DNA of 64,000 bases, taken from Candidatus Cloacimonadales bacterium. Lineage in GTDB: Bacteria; Cloacimonadota; Cloacimonadia; Cloacimonadales; JAIOQZ01. Within the stretch, counting starts at the first letter, position 1. Each line of letters begins with the position of its first letter. Of this stretch, positions 9,102 through 20,021 are shown piece after piece. Both the position numbers and the translations under genes were made by a program. The notes below the pieces were generated by a model that saw nothing but the letters and a program-made list of their open reading frames with translations, did no database searches and was not told where the DNA came from. The DNA lies in assembly GCA_963665815.1 (NCBI GenBank), contig OY762463.1:736001-800000 (forward strand), in the 5' to 3' direction.

Positions 9102-11729
9102 ATGAATAACAAGTTTTTGCTAATTGCTATTTTATTAGTTTTGGCATCTGCTTTCATGTATGCAGATTGCGATTTAATGGCTTTACTGGCTAAAGATGGC
9201 TACACTATTTCAGAGCAGGATGAAGTTACCGGAGATTTTAACGATCCTTTCGATTACTTCGAATACTTGATGTTAATGTCTAACAATTCGAATTATCAAC
9301 CACCTTATTTAAGTACATTAGGAAACTCCTGGGCTCGAAGAAAAAGCAATGATGATGGATATGGTCTTGTTTTTTACAGAGAAGGAAGCAATATTGTATG
9401 GGATAATGAAACTTATACTGACGCAGGTTGCCAGAAGTTCTATCTCAGAGGACTGAATAATGTATATTATCATGGTACAGTCTGGGACAGTCTACCTGAT
9501 GCTAATAAACCACTGGCTTATGCCTATTCCAGAATACTGAATGAATCACCTCACGTAGTGCCAAATGATTTCGATAACGAAACAGCGAGAATTATAATGG
9601 GACATGCCAGAAAAGCTACAGTCAGTTTTGGGAATCATCCATTTACTCTTGTTGATGCAGATCTTGGTTTAAACAGAACATACACATTCATGGCAAATGG
9701 AACAATACCAACTCTGGAAATGGACGCTATGGATACTCTTCTGGTTGACGAAGGATGGTGGACAACTCACCCACCTAACGATGGGAATGATCACAACGTG
9801 ATTTCGGATAGCGAAGTGTTCTTTAACTACATAATGTACTTTGTAAAAGAAAACAATGGAAATGTTGAAGAAGGAATAATTGAAGCTCTGAATCAAACAG
9901 AGATATATGGACAAGACATAAGAGCTATGATTCAAGATGCTAACGATGATGATGGAGATGATTACTGGAGTAATATTGCAAACTTTGTTCTAAGCGATGG
10001 AGAATCCTTATATCTTTTCAGAAACTCTCCGCTGGCAGACTTACGTCATGATCTTTCATATATTGACCATGGAGAATTTTACGGTGTGAAAACACTTGAC
10101 CCTGAGGGCGGAACTCAACTGCAGCAATATGACTTGGTAAAACTGTCTCCAGACCATGAACCGGAACTCCACTATAACATATTCGATATTCAAATTGTCA
10201 ATGCCCCGGATGACATCACGAACAGCTGTTATTTTGGTCAAACTGTATCAATAGACGGTGATTACGCAGTAGTTGGAGCTCCTTATGAGCATTCTAATGG
10301 TGTCTCCTATTCCGGTGCAGCATACATTTACAAGATAAATGCTCAAGGTGTATGGGAACACTTCCAGGATCTTGAACTACCCAATCCCGCAACATCAGAT
10401 AAATTCGGTTGGTCAGTTTCTATAGATGATGATTATATTGCTGTGGGATGTCCCGGAGAAGATAACCTCCTTACATCAAATTGTGGTGCAGTCTACAGAT
10501 ACAAATACAGTCCCTTCACAAATACATTCAACCTTAATCAGCTGGCTTATGGAGTAAATGGCAATGATCAGCTTGGCTTCTCTGTAGCAGTTAATCATGG
10601 TGGATATGTTGCTGCAGGATCACCATATCATGATAACCTTTTCCTCTCAAACATGGGAATGGTAAGAATCTACAAAACAAACAGTCTTGCTCCTGCTAAT
10701 GGCATATTGACAACCATGCAGTCATCATATGGTATGGAAAATAATCAGTATTTCGGATGGGCGGTTGATATCAATAAATATATTGCTGTTGCCGGTGGTC
10801 CCGGACATGACCTTAATGGTACAGACTCTGGCTCAATCCGATTCATTTATTTCAACGATGGTACAGAGTCAGCATTTACAGCCCCGGTTGAAGTTTCAAC
10901 AAGAGATTATTATGGCTGGGACCTGGACCTTGATAAGCTCTGTGACGACGCTAAAGTAAGGACCTATCCAATAGGAACAGATTCTGAAGCATTTAAAACT
11001 TACCCTACAGGTTATGACCTGATTGTTGGGGCTCCTGGAGTCAACAGCTACATACAAGGTTATGACTATCAAGGAGCAGCCTACATTTCCTGTAGAACTG
11101 TAATTAACGCTGAGGAAACCTTTGACTACAGACCGTACTTTGGCTATTCAGTAGCAATCGAAGAGCAACATGCTGTTGTTGGAGCGAGAGATGTGCACCG
11201 CAGAGGAGCAGTTTACAGTTATAATAACATGGGAACACACCTGGACACATTCTATAGCTACGGAACAGGTCCAAAACAACAATTTGGCTGTGATGTTGCA
11301 TATGATGCAGAAAACATGATTATTGGTTCACGGGGACATGATAACGATGACAATAGAGGAGCGGTATACTTCTTCAACGATCCTTCAGCAGGCATGACAA
11401 CCAACAGAGGTATTGCTGCAGGTGGTAATAACAATGTTCCTGATACAGGCTTCAGAAATTACTTGAAGGGTAACTATCCTAATCCATTCAATCCTGAAAC
11501 CGCAATCAGCTTCTCACTTAAAGAAGATACAAAAGCGACAATATCAATTTACAATATGAAAGGTCAGAAAGTTAAAACACTTAAGAACGAGTTTATGACT
11601 GCCGGAGAACACTCAGTTGTCTGGAATGGTAAAGATGATAACGGAAGTGATGTATCGAGTGGTGTATATTTCTATAAACTTAACACAAACAGCTATTCAC
11701 AGATCAGAAAAATGATCCTGATGAAATAG
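9102..11729 (+). CDS. Secreted class II GATase (Ntn)-like + FG-GAP + C-terminal sorting domain protein, paralog of 6230-8872
   Basis: ATG 9102 follows GAGGA and gives a signal peptide (MNNKFLL...FMYA-DCDLMAL). Motifs NDDGYG, GHARKAT, NHPF, FMANG, DSEVFF; FG-GAP repeats; sorting tail. Confidence 0.78.
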   Translation: MNNKFLLIAILLVLASAFMYADCDLMALLAKDGYTISEQDEVTGDFNDPFDYFEYLMLMSNNSNYQPPYLSTLGNSWARRKSNDDGYGLVFYREGSNIVWDNETYTDAGCQKFYLRGLNNVYYHGTVWDSLPDANKPLAYAYSRILNESPHVVPNDFDNETARIIMGHARKATVSFGNHPFTLVDADLGLNRTYTFMANGTIPTLEMDAMDTLLVDEGWWTTHPPNDGNDHNVISDSEVFFNYIMYFVKENNGNVEEGIIEALNQTEIYGQDIRAMIQDANDDDGDDYWSNIANFVLSDGESLYLFRNSPLADLRHDLSYIDHGEFYGVKTLDPEGGTQLQQYDLVKLSPDHEPELHYNIFDIQIVNAPDDITNSCYFGQTVSIDGDYAVVGAPYEHSNGVSYSGAAYIYKINAQGVWEHFQDLELPNPATSDKFGWSVSIDDDYIAVGCPGEDNLLTSNCGAVYRYKYSPFTNTFNLNQLAYGVNGNDQLGFSVAVNHGGYVAAGSPYHDNLFLSNMGMVRIYKTNSLAPANGILTTMQSSYGMENNQYFGWAVDINKYIAVAGGPGHDLNGTDSGSIRFIYFNDGTESAFTAPVEVSTRDYYGWDLDLDKLCDDAKVRTYPIGTDSEAFKTYPTGYDLIVGAPGVNSYIQGYDYQGAAYISCRTVINAEETFDYRPYFGYSVAIEEQHAVVGARDVHRRGAVYSYNNMGTHLDTFYSYGTGPKQQFGCDVAYDAENMIIGSRGHDNDDNRGAVYFFNDPSAGMTTNRGIAAGGNNNVPDTGFRNYLKGNYPNPFNPETAISFSLKEDTKATISIYNMKGQKVKTLKNEFMTAGEHSVVWNGKDDNGSDVSSGVYFYKLNTNSYSQIRKMILMK

Positions 11730-11751
11730 ATGCATTATTGAAAGCAATATT

Positions 11752-11783
11752 CAGGCTGTCGAAATCTCGACAGCCTGTTTTTT
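11752..11783 (+). terminator. Rho-independent terminator
   Basis: CAGGCTGTCGA-AATC-TCGACAGCCTG followed by a T-run. Confidence 0.85.
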
Positions 11784-11852
11784 GCACAAAATAAACTGAA
11801 TTTATTTTCTTATTTCCAGAAAAAGCTTATATTTATACCAACAGGAGAAATT

Positions 11853-13007
11853 ATGGAAAATAGAAAAACAATGTTTGCTCCAGATGAAAGAAAATCCATA
11901 GAACAAGTAACAACGGATTACAGAAAATTTGTATCAGTAGATCCGTTTCATCAGGTAACTAACTCATTACCGAGTATCGTAATGATACTTAACAATGAAA
12001 GACAGATTGTATATTTCAATCATATTCTGATGAAAAATCTGCAAATAAATTCCGAGATGAATATTATTGGAAAACGACCAGGCGAACTCCTAAATTGTAT
12101 TCATGCAGATAATGAGTTTTCCGGATGTGGTACATCAGAGTTCTGTCGGGAATGTGGTGCTGTAAATGCAATACTTCAATCACAGAATCTCGGCATTATA
12201 ACATGTTTTGAATGCAGAATAACTACGAAAGATAACACTGCTCTGGATTTTAGAGTATGGGCATCCCCATACTTGTTCAACGGAAAGAAGTATACAATAT
12301 TCAGTGTAATTGATATCAGCAATGAGAAAAGAAAAGAAATACTTGAAAGAACTTTCTTTCATGATATAAACAACCTTCTGATGATACTCATTGGATATTC
12401 ATCCATGCTTAAACTTTCTAATAATGAGAATGTGAAAAACGAATACATAGACTCAATATGTTCGGTTGGAGTTCAGCTTTCGGAAGAAATAACTTCTCAG
12501 CAAAAACTACTTCAGGCAGAAAATGGAAGTCTTAATATTAGTACGGCTTCGCTGAATTCCATTGAGATACTCCGGGAACTTTCAGATTTTTACGATAACT
12601 CTAACCTGTATGTAAACAGAAAAGTAAATATAGAAGAGGCTGCTCAGAATTTCATTTTTACTACAGATAAAGCCCTGTTAGTCAGAATTTTAGCCAATAT
12701 GATTAAAAATGCTCTGGAGGCATCCTGTGAAAATCAGAATGTTACTATCAATGTAGTTAAGAAAGGTGAAAATGCAGAATTCAGCGTCTCCAATACAGGC
12801 TGCATGCCCAGATCATCTCAATTGCAGATGTTTCAACGATCATTTTCGACAAAGGGAAAAGGACGCGGTATAGGAACTTACAGTATGAAGTTGTTCGGAG
12901 AAAAGTACCTTAAAGGAAAAGTCTGGTTTAAATCTGATAAAATTAGCGGAACAACTTTCTTTCTGTCAATTCCTGTTAACTTTTCAAGTAAGAAAACAGT
13001 CCTGTAA
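11853..13007 (+). CDS. Soluble sensor histidine kinase with Cys-rich PAS-like domain
   Basis: H-box TFFHDINN, N-box NMIKNALEA, FSTKGKGRGIGT; Cx9Cx5Cx2C motif; no transmembrane segment. Confidence 0.88.
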   Translation: MENRKTMFAPDERKSIEQVTTDYRKFVSVDPFHQVTNSLPSIVMILNNERQIVYFNHILMKNLQINSEMNIIGKRPGELLNCIHADNEFSGCGTSEFCRECGAVNAILQSQNLGIITCFECRITTKDNTALDFRVWASPYLFNGKKYTIFSVIDISNEKRKEILERTFFHDINNLLMILIGYSSMLKLSNNENVKNEYIDSICSVGVQLSEEITSQQKLLQAENGSLNISTASLNSIEILRELSDFYDNSNLYVNRKVNIEEAAQNFIFTTDKALLVRILANMIKNALEASCENQNVTINVVKKGENAEFSVSNTGCMPRSSQLQMFQRSFSTKGKGRGIGTYSMKLFGEKYLKGKVWFKSDKISGTTFFLSIPVNFSSKKTVL

Positions 13008-13164
13008 TATCTGAGTTGCATGTCACATAACGAATTATCTATATAAGTACCTTAAAGTAACAAAAACTTTACCAATGTAAGGTTTTGTCTAATTTTGCTT
13101 GACATGGTTCAGGGATAATACAAGTAATGAATCGTACATGGTATAAATATTTAATGGAGTATAG

Positions 13165-14301
13165 ATGAGTCGAGATCAAAAAGAATCAATCCCTGATCAT
13201 ATTAGTGATTACTGTTTTGAAAATATAAAGGAATCTACATTTGTAAAGAAAATTGCGGATACTCTTCCCTGCATTGTTCTGGTTATCAATGACGACAAAG
13301 AAGTAATCTATTTTAACCAAAATCTACCGAACCTGTTAGAAGCTGAAAATCCCAATATTGACTTATCTGATGATCTTAAGATCATCGGAAAAAAACTTGG
13401 TGATATCTTTCATTGCATTAATGCAAAGAGAACCGGTAAAGGTTGCGGTTTTTCAGATTTCTGTGGTGAGTGCGGAATTGCAAAGTCTGTAAGCCAATCT
13501 TATACAGGAAGTGCTGATGCGTTTTTTGAATGCAGAATTTCAACTACAGAAAATGAATCTTTTGACTTTCAAGTATTATCTACAGTTTATGATTTCAATG
13601 ACAAACGCTTTACATTTGTAAGCCTTGAAGATATCAGCGAGCATAAGAGAAAAGAAGTGCTTGAACATACTTTCTTCCATGATATTAACAATCTGCTTCA
13701 TATAATTAATGCCTATTCAGAATTACTGTCTTCTGACCTGGATCATCCGTCAAAAGAGAGGTTCCTTACGTCAATCAAAACTGCGGCTCAGAGAATGAAG
13801 GATGAAATTGATACTCATAAGAGAATCATTCAAGCTGAGAACGGCAGCCTTGCAGTCAATATGACTGAAGTTAACTCTATTGAAATACTTGCTGAATTGA
13901 CAACATTATTCACAAAAAGCAAAACTTGGGCTGACAAACACATTTTAATTGACGATAACGTTATGATTGTTGATTTCAAAACGGATAAAGCTATCTTGTT
14001 GAGAATCCTCAACAATATGACCAAAAATGCTCTGGAAGCATCTTCAGATTGTGGTGATGTTAAGGTTAACTGTTATGTAAAAGATGAGAGCATAATATTC
14101 AATGTACATAATTGCGGTTACATTCCATATCCTGCTCAAGGTCAGATATTTCAACGTTCATTTTCTACCAAAGGTAAAGGTCGAGGTATTGGAACTTACA
14201 GTATGAAACTCTTCGGAGAAAAATACCTTAATGGTAAAGTCTGGTTTGAATCATCTATGCAAAATGGAACATCATTCAATATTTCTATTCCGCTTTACTG
14301 A
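13165..14301 (+). CDS. Soluble sensor histidine kinase, paralog 2
   Basis: TFFHDINN, NMTKNALEA, FSTKGKGRGIGT; the same Cys motif. Confidence 0.88.
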   Translation: MSRDQKESIPDHISDYCFENIKESTFVKKIADTLPCIVLVINDDKEVIYFNQNLPNLLEAENPNIDLSDDLKIIGKKLGDIFHCINAKRTGKGCGFSDFCGECGIAKSVSQSYTGSADAFFECRISTTENESFDFQVLSTVYDFNDKRFTFVSLEDISEHKRKEVLEHTFFHDINNLLHIINAYSELLSSDLDHPSKERFLTSIKTAAQRMKDEIDTHKRIIQAENGSLAVNMTEVNSIEILAELTTLFTKSKTWADKHILIDDNVMIVDFKTDKAILLRILNNMTKNALEASSDCGDVKVNCYVKDESIIFNVHNCGYIPYPAQGQIFQRSFSTKGKGRGIGTYSMKLFGEKYLNGKVWFESSMQNGTSFNISIPLY

Positions 14302-14400
14302 TAATTTTTATTAATCCACATTCAATATAGTGCAAATTTATTGACAGGGAAACATGTTTGGAAATAATCTTTTCGTCTTGATTAATTCATTGGAGATATT

Positions 14401-15555
14401 ATGCAAAATACCAGAATAGTTTTTGATCCCACAAAAAGAGAAAAAAAAGAGCAAATAAATTTCTGCTTTGATTTACTTAGAAACTCTGGACTCCTGAAGA
14501 GAATTTCTGATTCTGTCCCATGTATTGTAATTATCCTGAATCATGATAGACAGGTCATATTCTTCAACAAAAATCTTTCAGAGTCACTGGAAGAATCCAA
14601 TTATGACATGATTCTGGGAAGACGTCTTGGGGAAGTATTCAATTGTGTGCATTCCAGAGAAACTGAAGATGGCTGCGGAAGTACGGTTTTCTGTAAAGAA
14701 TGCGGAGCAAACAAGGCAATGACAGAAGTTGATAATCTTGCTGAGGAATCTTGCTATGAATGTAGAATTAATACTATCGACAATGAATCATATGACTTCA
14801 AAGTATGGGTAACACCATATCGTTTTGCAAAAGGAAGATACACCTTTGTCAGTCTGGAAGACATAAGCGATCAGAAGCGAAAGGAAGTGCTGGAAAGAAC
14901 ATTCTTCCATGATATCAACAATCTGCTTATGCTTATAACGAGCTATTCGGAATTGCTTACAGATCCAAAAGATTCTGAGTTTCATACAACATATTCAAAG
15001 ACAATTCATAATGCCAGTCTGAGATTAACAGAAGAAATATCCGCTCACAAAAAACTGCTTATGGCGGAAAAAGGGAAACTCAATGTTACGATTTCAGAAC
15101 TTCATACAAAACTTTTGCTGAAACAGATTACAGGATTGTATTCTTCAGATGACTTTTATACTGATGTAAAGGTTGTAATAACTGAAGATACCGAGGACTT
15201 CAGTTTGTTCACAGAAAAATCTCTTCTTCAACGTATACTTATCAATATGACTAAAAATGCTATTGAAGCCTCCAAAGCAGGAGATACAGTTACTGTTTCA
15301 TGCAGAAAAGATAACGATAATGCTGTTTTTTCCGTTCATAATAACAGCTATATAAATCCACAGAATCAACTTCAGATTTTTAAGAGATCCTTTTCAACCA
15401 AAGGAAAAGGCCGTGGAATAGGAACTTACAGTATCAAACTTTTTGGCGAAAAATATCTTGATGGGAAAGTCAGTTTTGAAAGTAATAAAGAGACTGGTAC
15501 AACATTCTATATAAGCATCCCCATTATGCACAAAAAAGCTGCACTCCTGATGTAA
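14401..15555 (+). CDS. Soluble sensor histidine kinase, paralog 3
   Basis: TFFHDINN, NMTKNAIEA, FSTKGKGRGIGT; the same Cys motif. Confidence 0.88.
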   Translation: MQNTRIVFDPTKREKKEQINFCFDLLRNSGLLKRISDSVPCIVIILNHDRQVIFFNKNLSESLEESNYDMILGRRLGEVFNCVHSRETEDGCGSTVFCKECGANKAMTEVDNLAEESCYECRINTIDNESYDFKVWVTPYRFAKGRYTFVSLEDISDQKRKEVLERTFFHDINNLLMLITSYSELLTDPKDSEFHTTYSKTIHNASLRLTEEISAHKKLLMAEKGKLNVTISELHTKLLLKQITGLYSSDDFYTDVKVVITEDTEDFSLFTEKSLLQRILINMTKNAIEASKAGDTVTVSCRKDNDNAVFSVHNNSYINPQNQLQIFKRSFSTKGKGRGIGTYSIKLFGEKYLDGKVSFESNKETGTTFYISIPIMHKKAALLM

Positions 15556-15603
15556 CACTTGTTATTGAAGTACAGCTTACGGATTCTATTCAACCAATCC
15601 GGG

Positions 15604-16341
15604 TTACAGATTTTTCTTTTTAAAGTAGTCAGACATTACTATTCTCGTATTTGATAATGCTGTCATTAACATTACGCTTATTTTAATATCAATGTTTACT
15701 TCGATGGGTTTCCACTCACCTTTTTCGTTGTAATCAAACAGCATTGTATTGTGCATATCTTTAATCATTCTTGATGGTGCTTTGGCAAATGAGCTTTCCT
15801 GCTTTATCATTGCACCGGATTTTTCATCCAGCCAGAAAGTCCCAGCCATCTTCATTTTCTTCATTTTTGTTCCGGATTTATCTTTACTCATATCCACCAT
15901 ATCTTCATACGAGAAGTCATAGCCTATGCAGTTGAATCCTGAAATTTTTTTTCTCTTTGATGTTTGTTCCAGGTGAAGATCTTTTCTGTCCGATATTGAT
16001 CCTTCACTGTCATCATCTTCTTTTCCCGAATACTGTGTTAAAAAAGCATCAACAATAGGATTGTCTTTATCTAATGAGTCTCCATCCGAGATACCCCAGA
16101 TAAATTCGGACTCAATCCCTAAGTCTGTTTCCTTATACTTAACTACAATTTCAAGATCATTCTGGATGGCACCTTTCTTATTCTTTGTAACCTGTTTTGT
16201 TGTTACCATACCAGGCTGCCAGTTTCTATTATTCTTCTTTATTTTTCGGAATTTTTTCCATAGCTCATCTGTTTCCTGTACTCCGGCAAACAAACCGGAG
16301 AAAACTGCAATAACACATACCAGTGCAATAATTCTTTTCAT
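15604..16341 (-). CDS. Secreted hypothetical protein, last gene of the ABC operon
   Basis: Signal peptide MKRIIALVCVIAVFSGLFA; starts 2 nt after the upstream stop codon. Confidence 0.75.
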   Translation of the reverse strand: MKRIIALVCVIAVFSGLFAGVQETDELWKKFRKIKKNNRNWQPGMVTTKQVTKNKKGAIQNDLEIVVKYKETDLGIESEFIWGISDGDSLDKDNPIVDAFLTQYSGKEDDDSEGSISDRKDLHLEQTSKRKKISGFNCIGYDFSYEDMVDMSKDKSGTKMKKMKMAGTFWLDEKSGAMIKQESSFAKAPSRMIKDMHNTMLFDYNEKGEWKPIEVNIDIKISVMLMTALSNTRIVMSDYFKKKNL

Positions 16342-16343
16342 TA

Positions 16344-19300
16344 TTAAATCCTTGTTACTTGTTCTGTTGATTGATCATCTGATTTCTTTACTTTGATAAG
16401 ATTATCATTCGAATCTCTGTCTATAAGCTTGTTCAGCGGATCAAGTCCAGCCTTTTCAGGTTCACTGTCCACAATAATGCTGAAAGTATTGTCCTCAGCT
16501 GAAACTTTGTGTTTTTCCAAGTATAGTGCTACTTCTTTCTTTTCACCATTGATTGTCTTTTCCGCAAATACTCCCACATCAATCCATTCTGTCAGAGCCG
16601 CCTCATTCATTACACCAAGACTATCTGCATAGAATTTCTTTGATTTAGTGTTGATCACAACTTCGTATCTGCCGTCATCCAGTTTATGATATTCCGCTGA
16701 CTCTGTCATATTATCGAAAATTGTTATCTTTTCAAACATATCTGTTACAACGTATTGAAGTGAATCCGGTGTTGCTTCTCTGATGTACTCCAGAAACTCA
16801 ATAGAGTTTGTGTAAGGAGCTTTCTGCCATTTCTTATCTGCGACATACTTCTTGAGTGCACCATTCAGAGCTTCTTCTCCGATGTAGTCTTTTAATGCGT
16901 ACATCACAACTGATCCCTTATTATAATGCAGATACTGCTGGTTTTCCACAAGATACAACGGCATCTCCGCTCTGGACTCATAGCCCCTGCCACTGAGATA
17001 GCTGTCGAGTTCATGTTTCAGATAATTCTTCATCTGGGCTTCCCCATGCTCCTTCTCCAGAACCATAAGGGCTGAATACTGAGCAAGAGCTTCCGACATC
17101 AGAACAGCACCCTGAACATCTGCACCAATAACCTGATGTGCCCACCATTGATGAGCAAGTTCATGAGCAGTGATATTGAATGGATAGTTTACGCCTTTAC
17201 CTCTTTTGGTATCGGCAATGAATCCTATTCCCTCAGAATATGGAATTGTATTTGGGAAGGACTGTGCGAAAGTGCCATATCGAGGGAATTCAAGGATTCT
17301 TACTTGTTTATGCGGATATTCTCCATATTGATTAGAATAATAATCAAGTGATACTTCAAGTGAACGTATCATTGTATCTATATTATATGGGTGTTTTTTA
17401 TCATAGTAAATTTCAATGCTTACATCTTTACCGGACGGTAGTGACCAGTTTTGTTTTTTAACTTCATATCTCGCTGATACAAAAGAGAAGAAATGCAGAA
17501 TAGGATGATCCATCTTGTAATGGAAGTACCTCCTATCGTTATCTAACCATTCTTTCTGTAGATAACCAGGGGCAATAGCTATCTGATTCTTACTGGTGCT
17601 GACAATAGCTTCAAAATTAACCCAGTCAGAGTCTTTACTTATATATGTATTCATACGTGCTTCTTCATCATCAACCTTTGCCATACGGGGTTTTGGTGGA
17701 AGTCCATGCTTCTTTCTCAAGACTTTACTGCTTAACTCTCCCCCGCTGGAATAGCCAAGTCCCGGAGTGAACATTTTGTTGTTAAGGAAAGTACCGTTTT
17801 CGCATAATGATGTTGTTGGATAAAATGAGTCACGTCTGGATTTGAATGCAAATTCCAGATTCATGGAATCCCCTGGCATCATCGAATTTTCCAGTTCCAG
17901 AATGTATATTCCTCTGTCCTCATTTTCATGGACTCTTTTGCTTTTCGCAGATACTTCCAGTTGCTCCATTTCCAATCCACTGTTTACATTAAAGTACAAA
18001 GTATCAATCGGAGAATCGGATTTGTTAACCATTACCATTTTACCTCTGGCATCTGCTCCCTGAATTTCCGGGAAAATATCGACTTCAAGGTAAACGTCAG
18101 TAAATCGAGGCATTACAAGATGTTCATATTTCTTATATGTCTTTTCGTAATCTATTGCCTGCTGAATTCCTTCTTTGTTAGTAGTATAATCGTTAACAAC
18201 ATTAACATTATAGAATATCCATCCACCGGTTGAGAACATGGCAAGCATAAGAAATGAAAGAACTGCAATACTCGGTTTGTTCATTTTAAGAGGGAAAGCT
18301 TTGATTCTCTTGAAAAACCCTGTTTCCCGACCTCTTACTACAACTTTTTCAGCAATGAAAAGCAGAATGAGTCCTACAAGAAGCCAATGACCTTCATAAG
18401 CCAGGAATGCATCCCAGAAATTACCATAACCGTTCATATCTGAATACATCAAAGATCCACCCTTACCATAGTGCCAGAGCGGGTGTTCCAAACCAAATTT
18501 TGATATGAACACATTTAGTACACTGAAACTGATTATTGCCAGATGTCCTGCATATTTATTATTAATCAGTGAGTGGAAAAAGAAAGCAATGAACACAATT
18601 TGAGAGATGTTGATTATCTGCTTTCCAAGTGAAACTGTATATTGAAACATGTCAATATTATCAACATGTAGAACCATCTGCGTAATTATTCCGATAAGCA
18701 TTGCAAATGCATATAGAACTAATGGGATAAACATAACGGCTATAAATTTCGAGAGATACATTACCCAGGTTCTGACAGGTGTTGAATCAATTAAAAGATC
18801 TATCTTTTGTTCTCTGTCTCTCCAAATTAATTCACCACTGAAGATGATTACAATTATAAGAGACATTGTAGATACTGTTCCTGCAAGAATACCAATTATA
18901 ATATATGTAACTTTGATCAGGGGTGTATCATACATCTGACCGGATTCTGACATCGAACTCATTACCATTGCCAGAGTACAAAGACCCAGCACAATAAATA
19001 ATGGTGACTTAAAGAGCTTCTTAATCTCTGTATTACACATATAAAAGAATTGTCTGATTGAATTAAATACTGAATAATTATGTGATACTACCGGAACTCT
19101 TGTTTTGTTCAACACAAGGTCTTCATGTGATAGACTGTCTTTATATGCTTTAGGTTTCATTCTGAATAGTTTTCTGATATCCACTCTCTGCTTATATGCA
19201 AAGCGGAAAAGCCAGGTAGAAAATATCAAAATAACAACACTGATTCCAAGCCAGACAATTCTGTTCATCAGAAAATAAGATTCCAACGGAACAATCATTG

Positions 19301-20012
19301 TGTTCTTCTCAGCAACTGTCCAGTACTTGGTCATCAGCTCCATTGAGTTCATTCCAAATGGATCAAGCAGAGCAGCCAGCCATTGAGTATCGAGATCTGT
19401 TGAGAACTGAGAAGAAATTCCATTAAGAACCATCAATATAATGCCGCTGACATAAAGAGCAGCCATTTTTCTGGTAAGAATTATAAGTGAAAGGAAAATT
19501 GCACCTGTTAAAATGAAAGTTGGTAGAACTTGTGTAAGATATGGTGCTGCATAATACATGAACTTTGCCGGTCCCAGTAAATCCTTGCTGACCCATGGAG
19601 TCAGAGTTGCCAGATACATACCGATCCCCATTGCAATCATAATCAAAAAAGCAAGAAGCACACTGGCTGCATATCTTGCCATCAGGTAACTTACTTTTGA
19701 TACCGGTTTCGTAAAGAATATCATATAGGTCTTGTTTTCATAGTCTCTGTATACTGAGTTTCCAACAAACGCCGCAATAATGAACGTTGCAAACATAGTA
19801 AATACCGCAAGAAGCATGTGGTTGAAGAAAGGTCCGTTGTAAAGCATTGTCTCACTGCTACCGAAACCAAAAGACACGTTTACTCCGCTGAATGCACCGG
19901 ATGCTCCAACAATAATGAAGAATCCCAGCAGCAAAGCAAGTATATTGAATACATAGGTAGAAATCTTTGTAAATTTATACTTTATTTCAAATGTAAATAT
20001 ATTCCAGAACAT
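16344..20012 (-). CDS. ABC-2 type permease fused to an M1 family zinc aminopeptidase
   Basis: About 600 aa of multi-TM permease repeats, followed by HELAHQWW...SEALAQY (HExxH-x18-E) and YNKG. Confidence 0.9.
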   Translation of the reverse strand: MFWNIFTFEIKYKFTKISTYVFNILALLLGFFIIVGASGAFSGVNVSFGFGSSETMLYNGPFFNHMLLAVFTMFATFIIAAFVGNSVYRDYENKTYMIFFTKPVSKVSYLMARYAASVLLAFLIMIAMGIGMYLATLTPWVSKDLLGPAKFMYYAAPYLTQVLPTFILTGAIFLSLIILTRKMAALYVSGIILMVLNGISSQFSTDLDTQWLAALLDPFGMNSMELMTKYWTVAEKNTMIVPLESYFLMNRIVWLGISVVILIFSTWLFRFAYKQRVDIRKLFRMKPKAYKDSLSHEDLVLNKTRVPVVSHNYSVFNSIRQFFYMCNTEIKKLFKSPLFIVLGLCTLAMVMSSMSESGQMYDTPLIKVTYIIIGILAGTVSTMSLIIVIIFSGELIWRDREQKIDLLIDSTPVRTWVMYLSKFIAVMFIPLVLYAFAMLIGIITQMVLHVDNIDMFQYTVSLGKQIINISQIVFIAFFFHSLINNKYAGHLAIISFSVLNVFISKFGLEHPLWHYGKGGSLMYSDMNGYGNFWDAFLAYEGHWLLVGLILLFIAEKVVVRGRETGFFKRIKAFPLKMNKPSIAVLSFLMLAMFSTGGWIFYNVNVVNDYTTNKEGIQQAIDYEKTYKKYEHLVMPRFTDVYLEVDIFPEIQGADARGKMVMVNKSDSPIDTLYFNVNSGLEMEQLEVSAKSKRVHENEDRGIYILELENSMMPGDSMNLEFAFKSRRDSFYPTTSLCENGTFLNNKMFTPGLGYSSGGELSSKVLRKKHGLPPKPRMAKVDDEEARMNTYISKDSDWVNFEAIVSTSKNQIAIAPGYLQKEWLDNDRRYFHYKMDHPILHFFSFVSARYEVKKQNWSLPSGKDVSIEIYYDKKHPYNIDTMIRSLEVSLDYYSNQYGEYPHKQVRILEFPRYGTFAQSFPNTIPYSEGIGFIADTKRGKGVNYPFNITAHELAHQWWAHQVIGADVQGAVLMSEALAQYSALMVLEKEHGEAQMKNYLKHELDSYLSGRGYESRAEMPLYLVENQQYLHYNKGSVVMYALKDYIGEEALNGALKKYVADKKWQKAPYTNSIEFLEYIREATPDSLQYVVTDMFEKITIFDNMTESAEYHKLDDGRYEVVINTKSKKFYADSLGVMNEAALTEWIDVGVFAEKTINGEKKEVALYLEKHKVSAEDNTFSIIVDSEPEKAGLDPLNKLIDRDSNDNLIKVKKSDDQSTEQVTRI

Positions 20013-20021
20013 AACGTCCTC

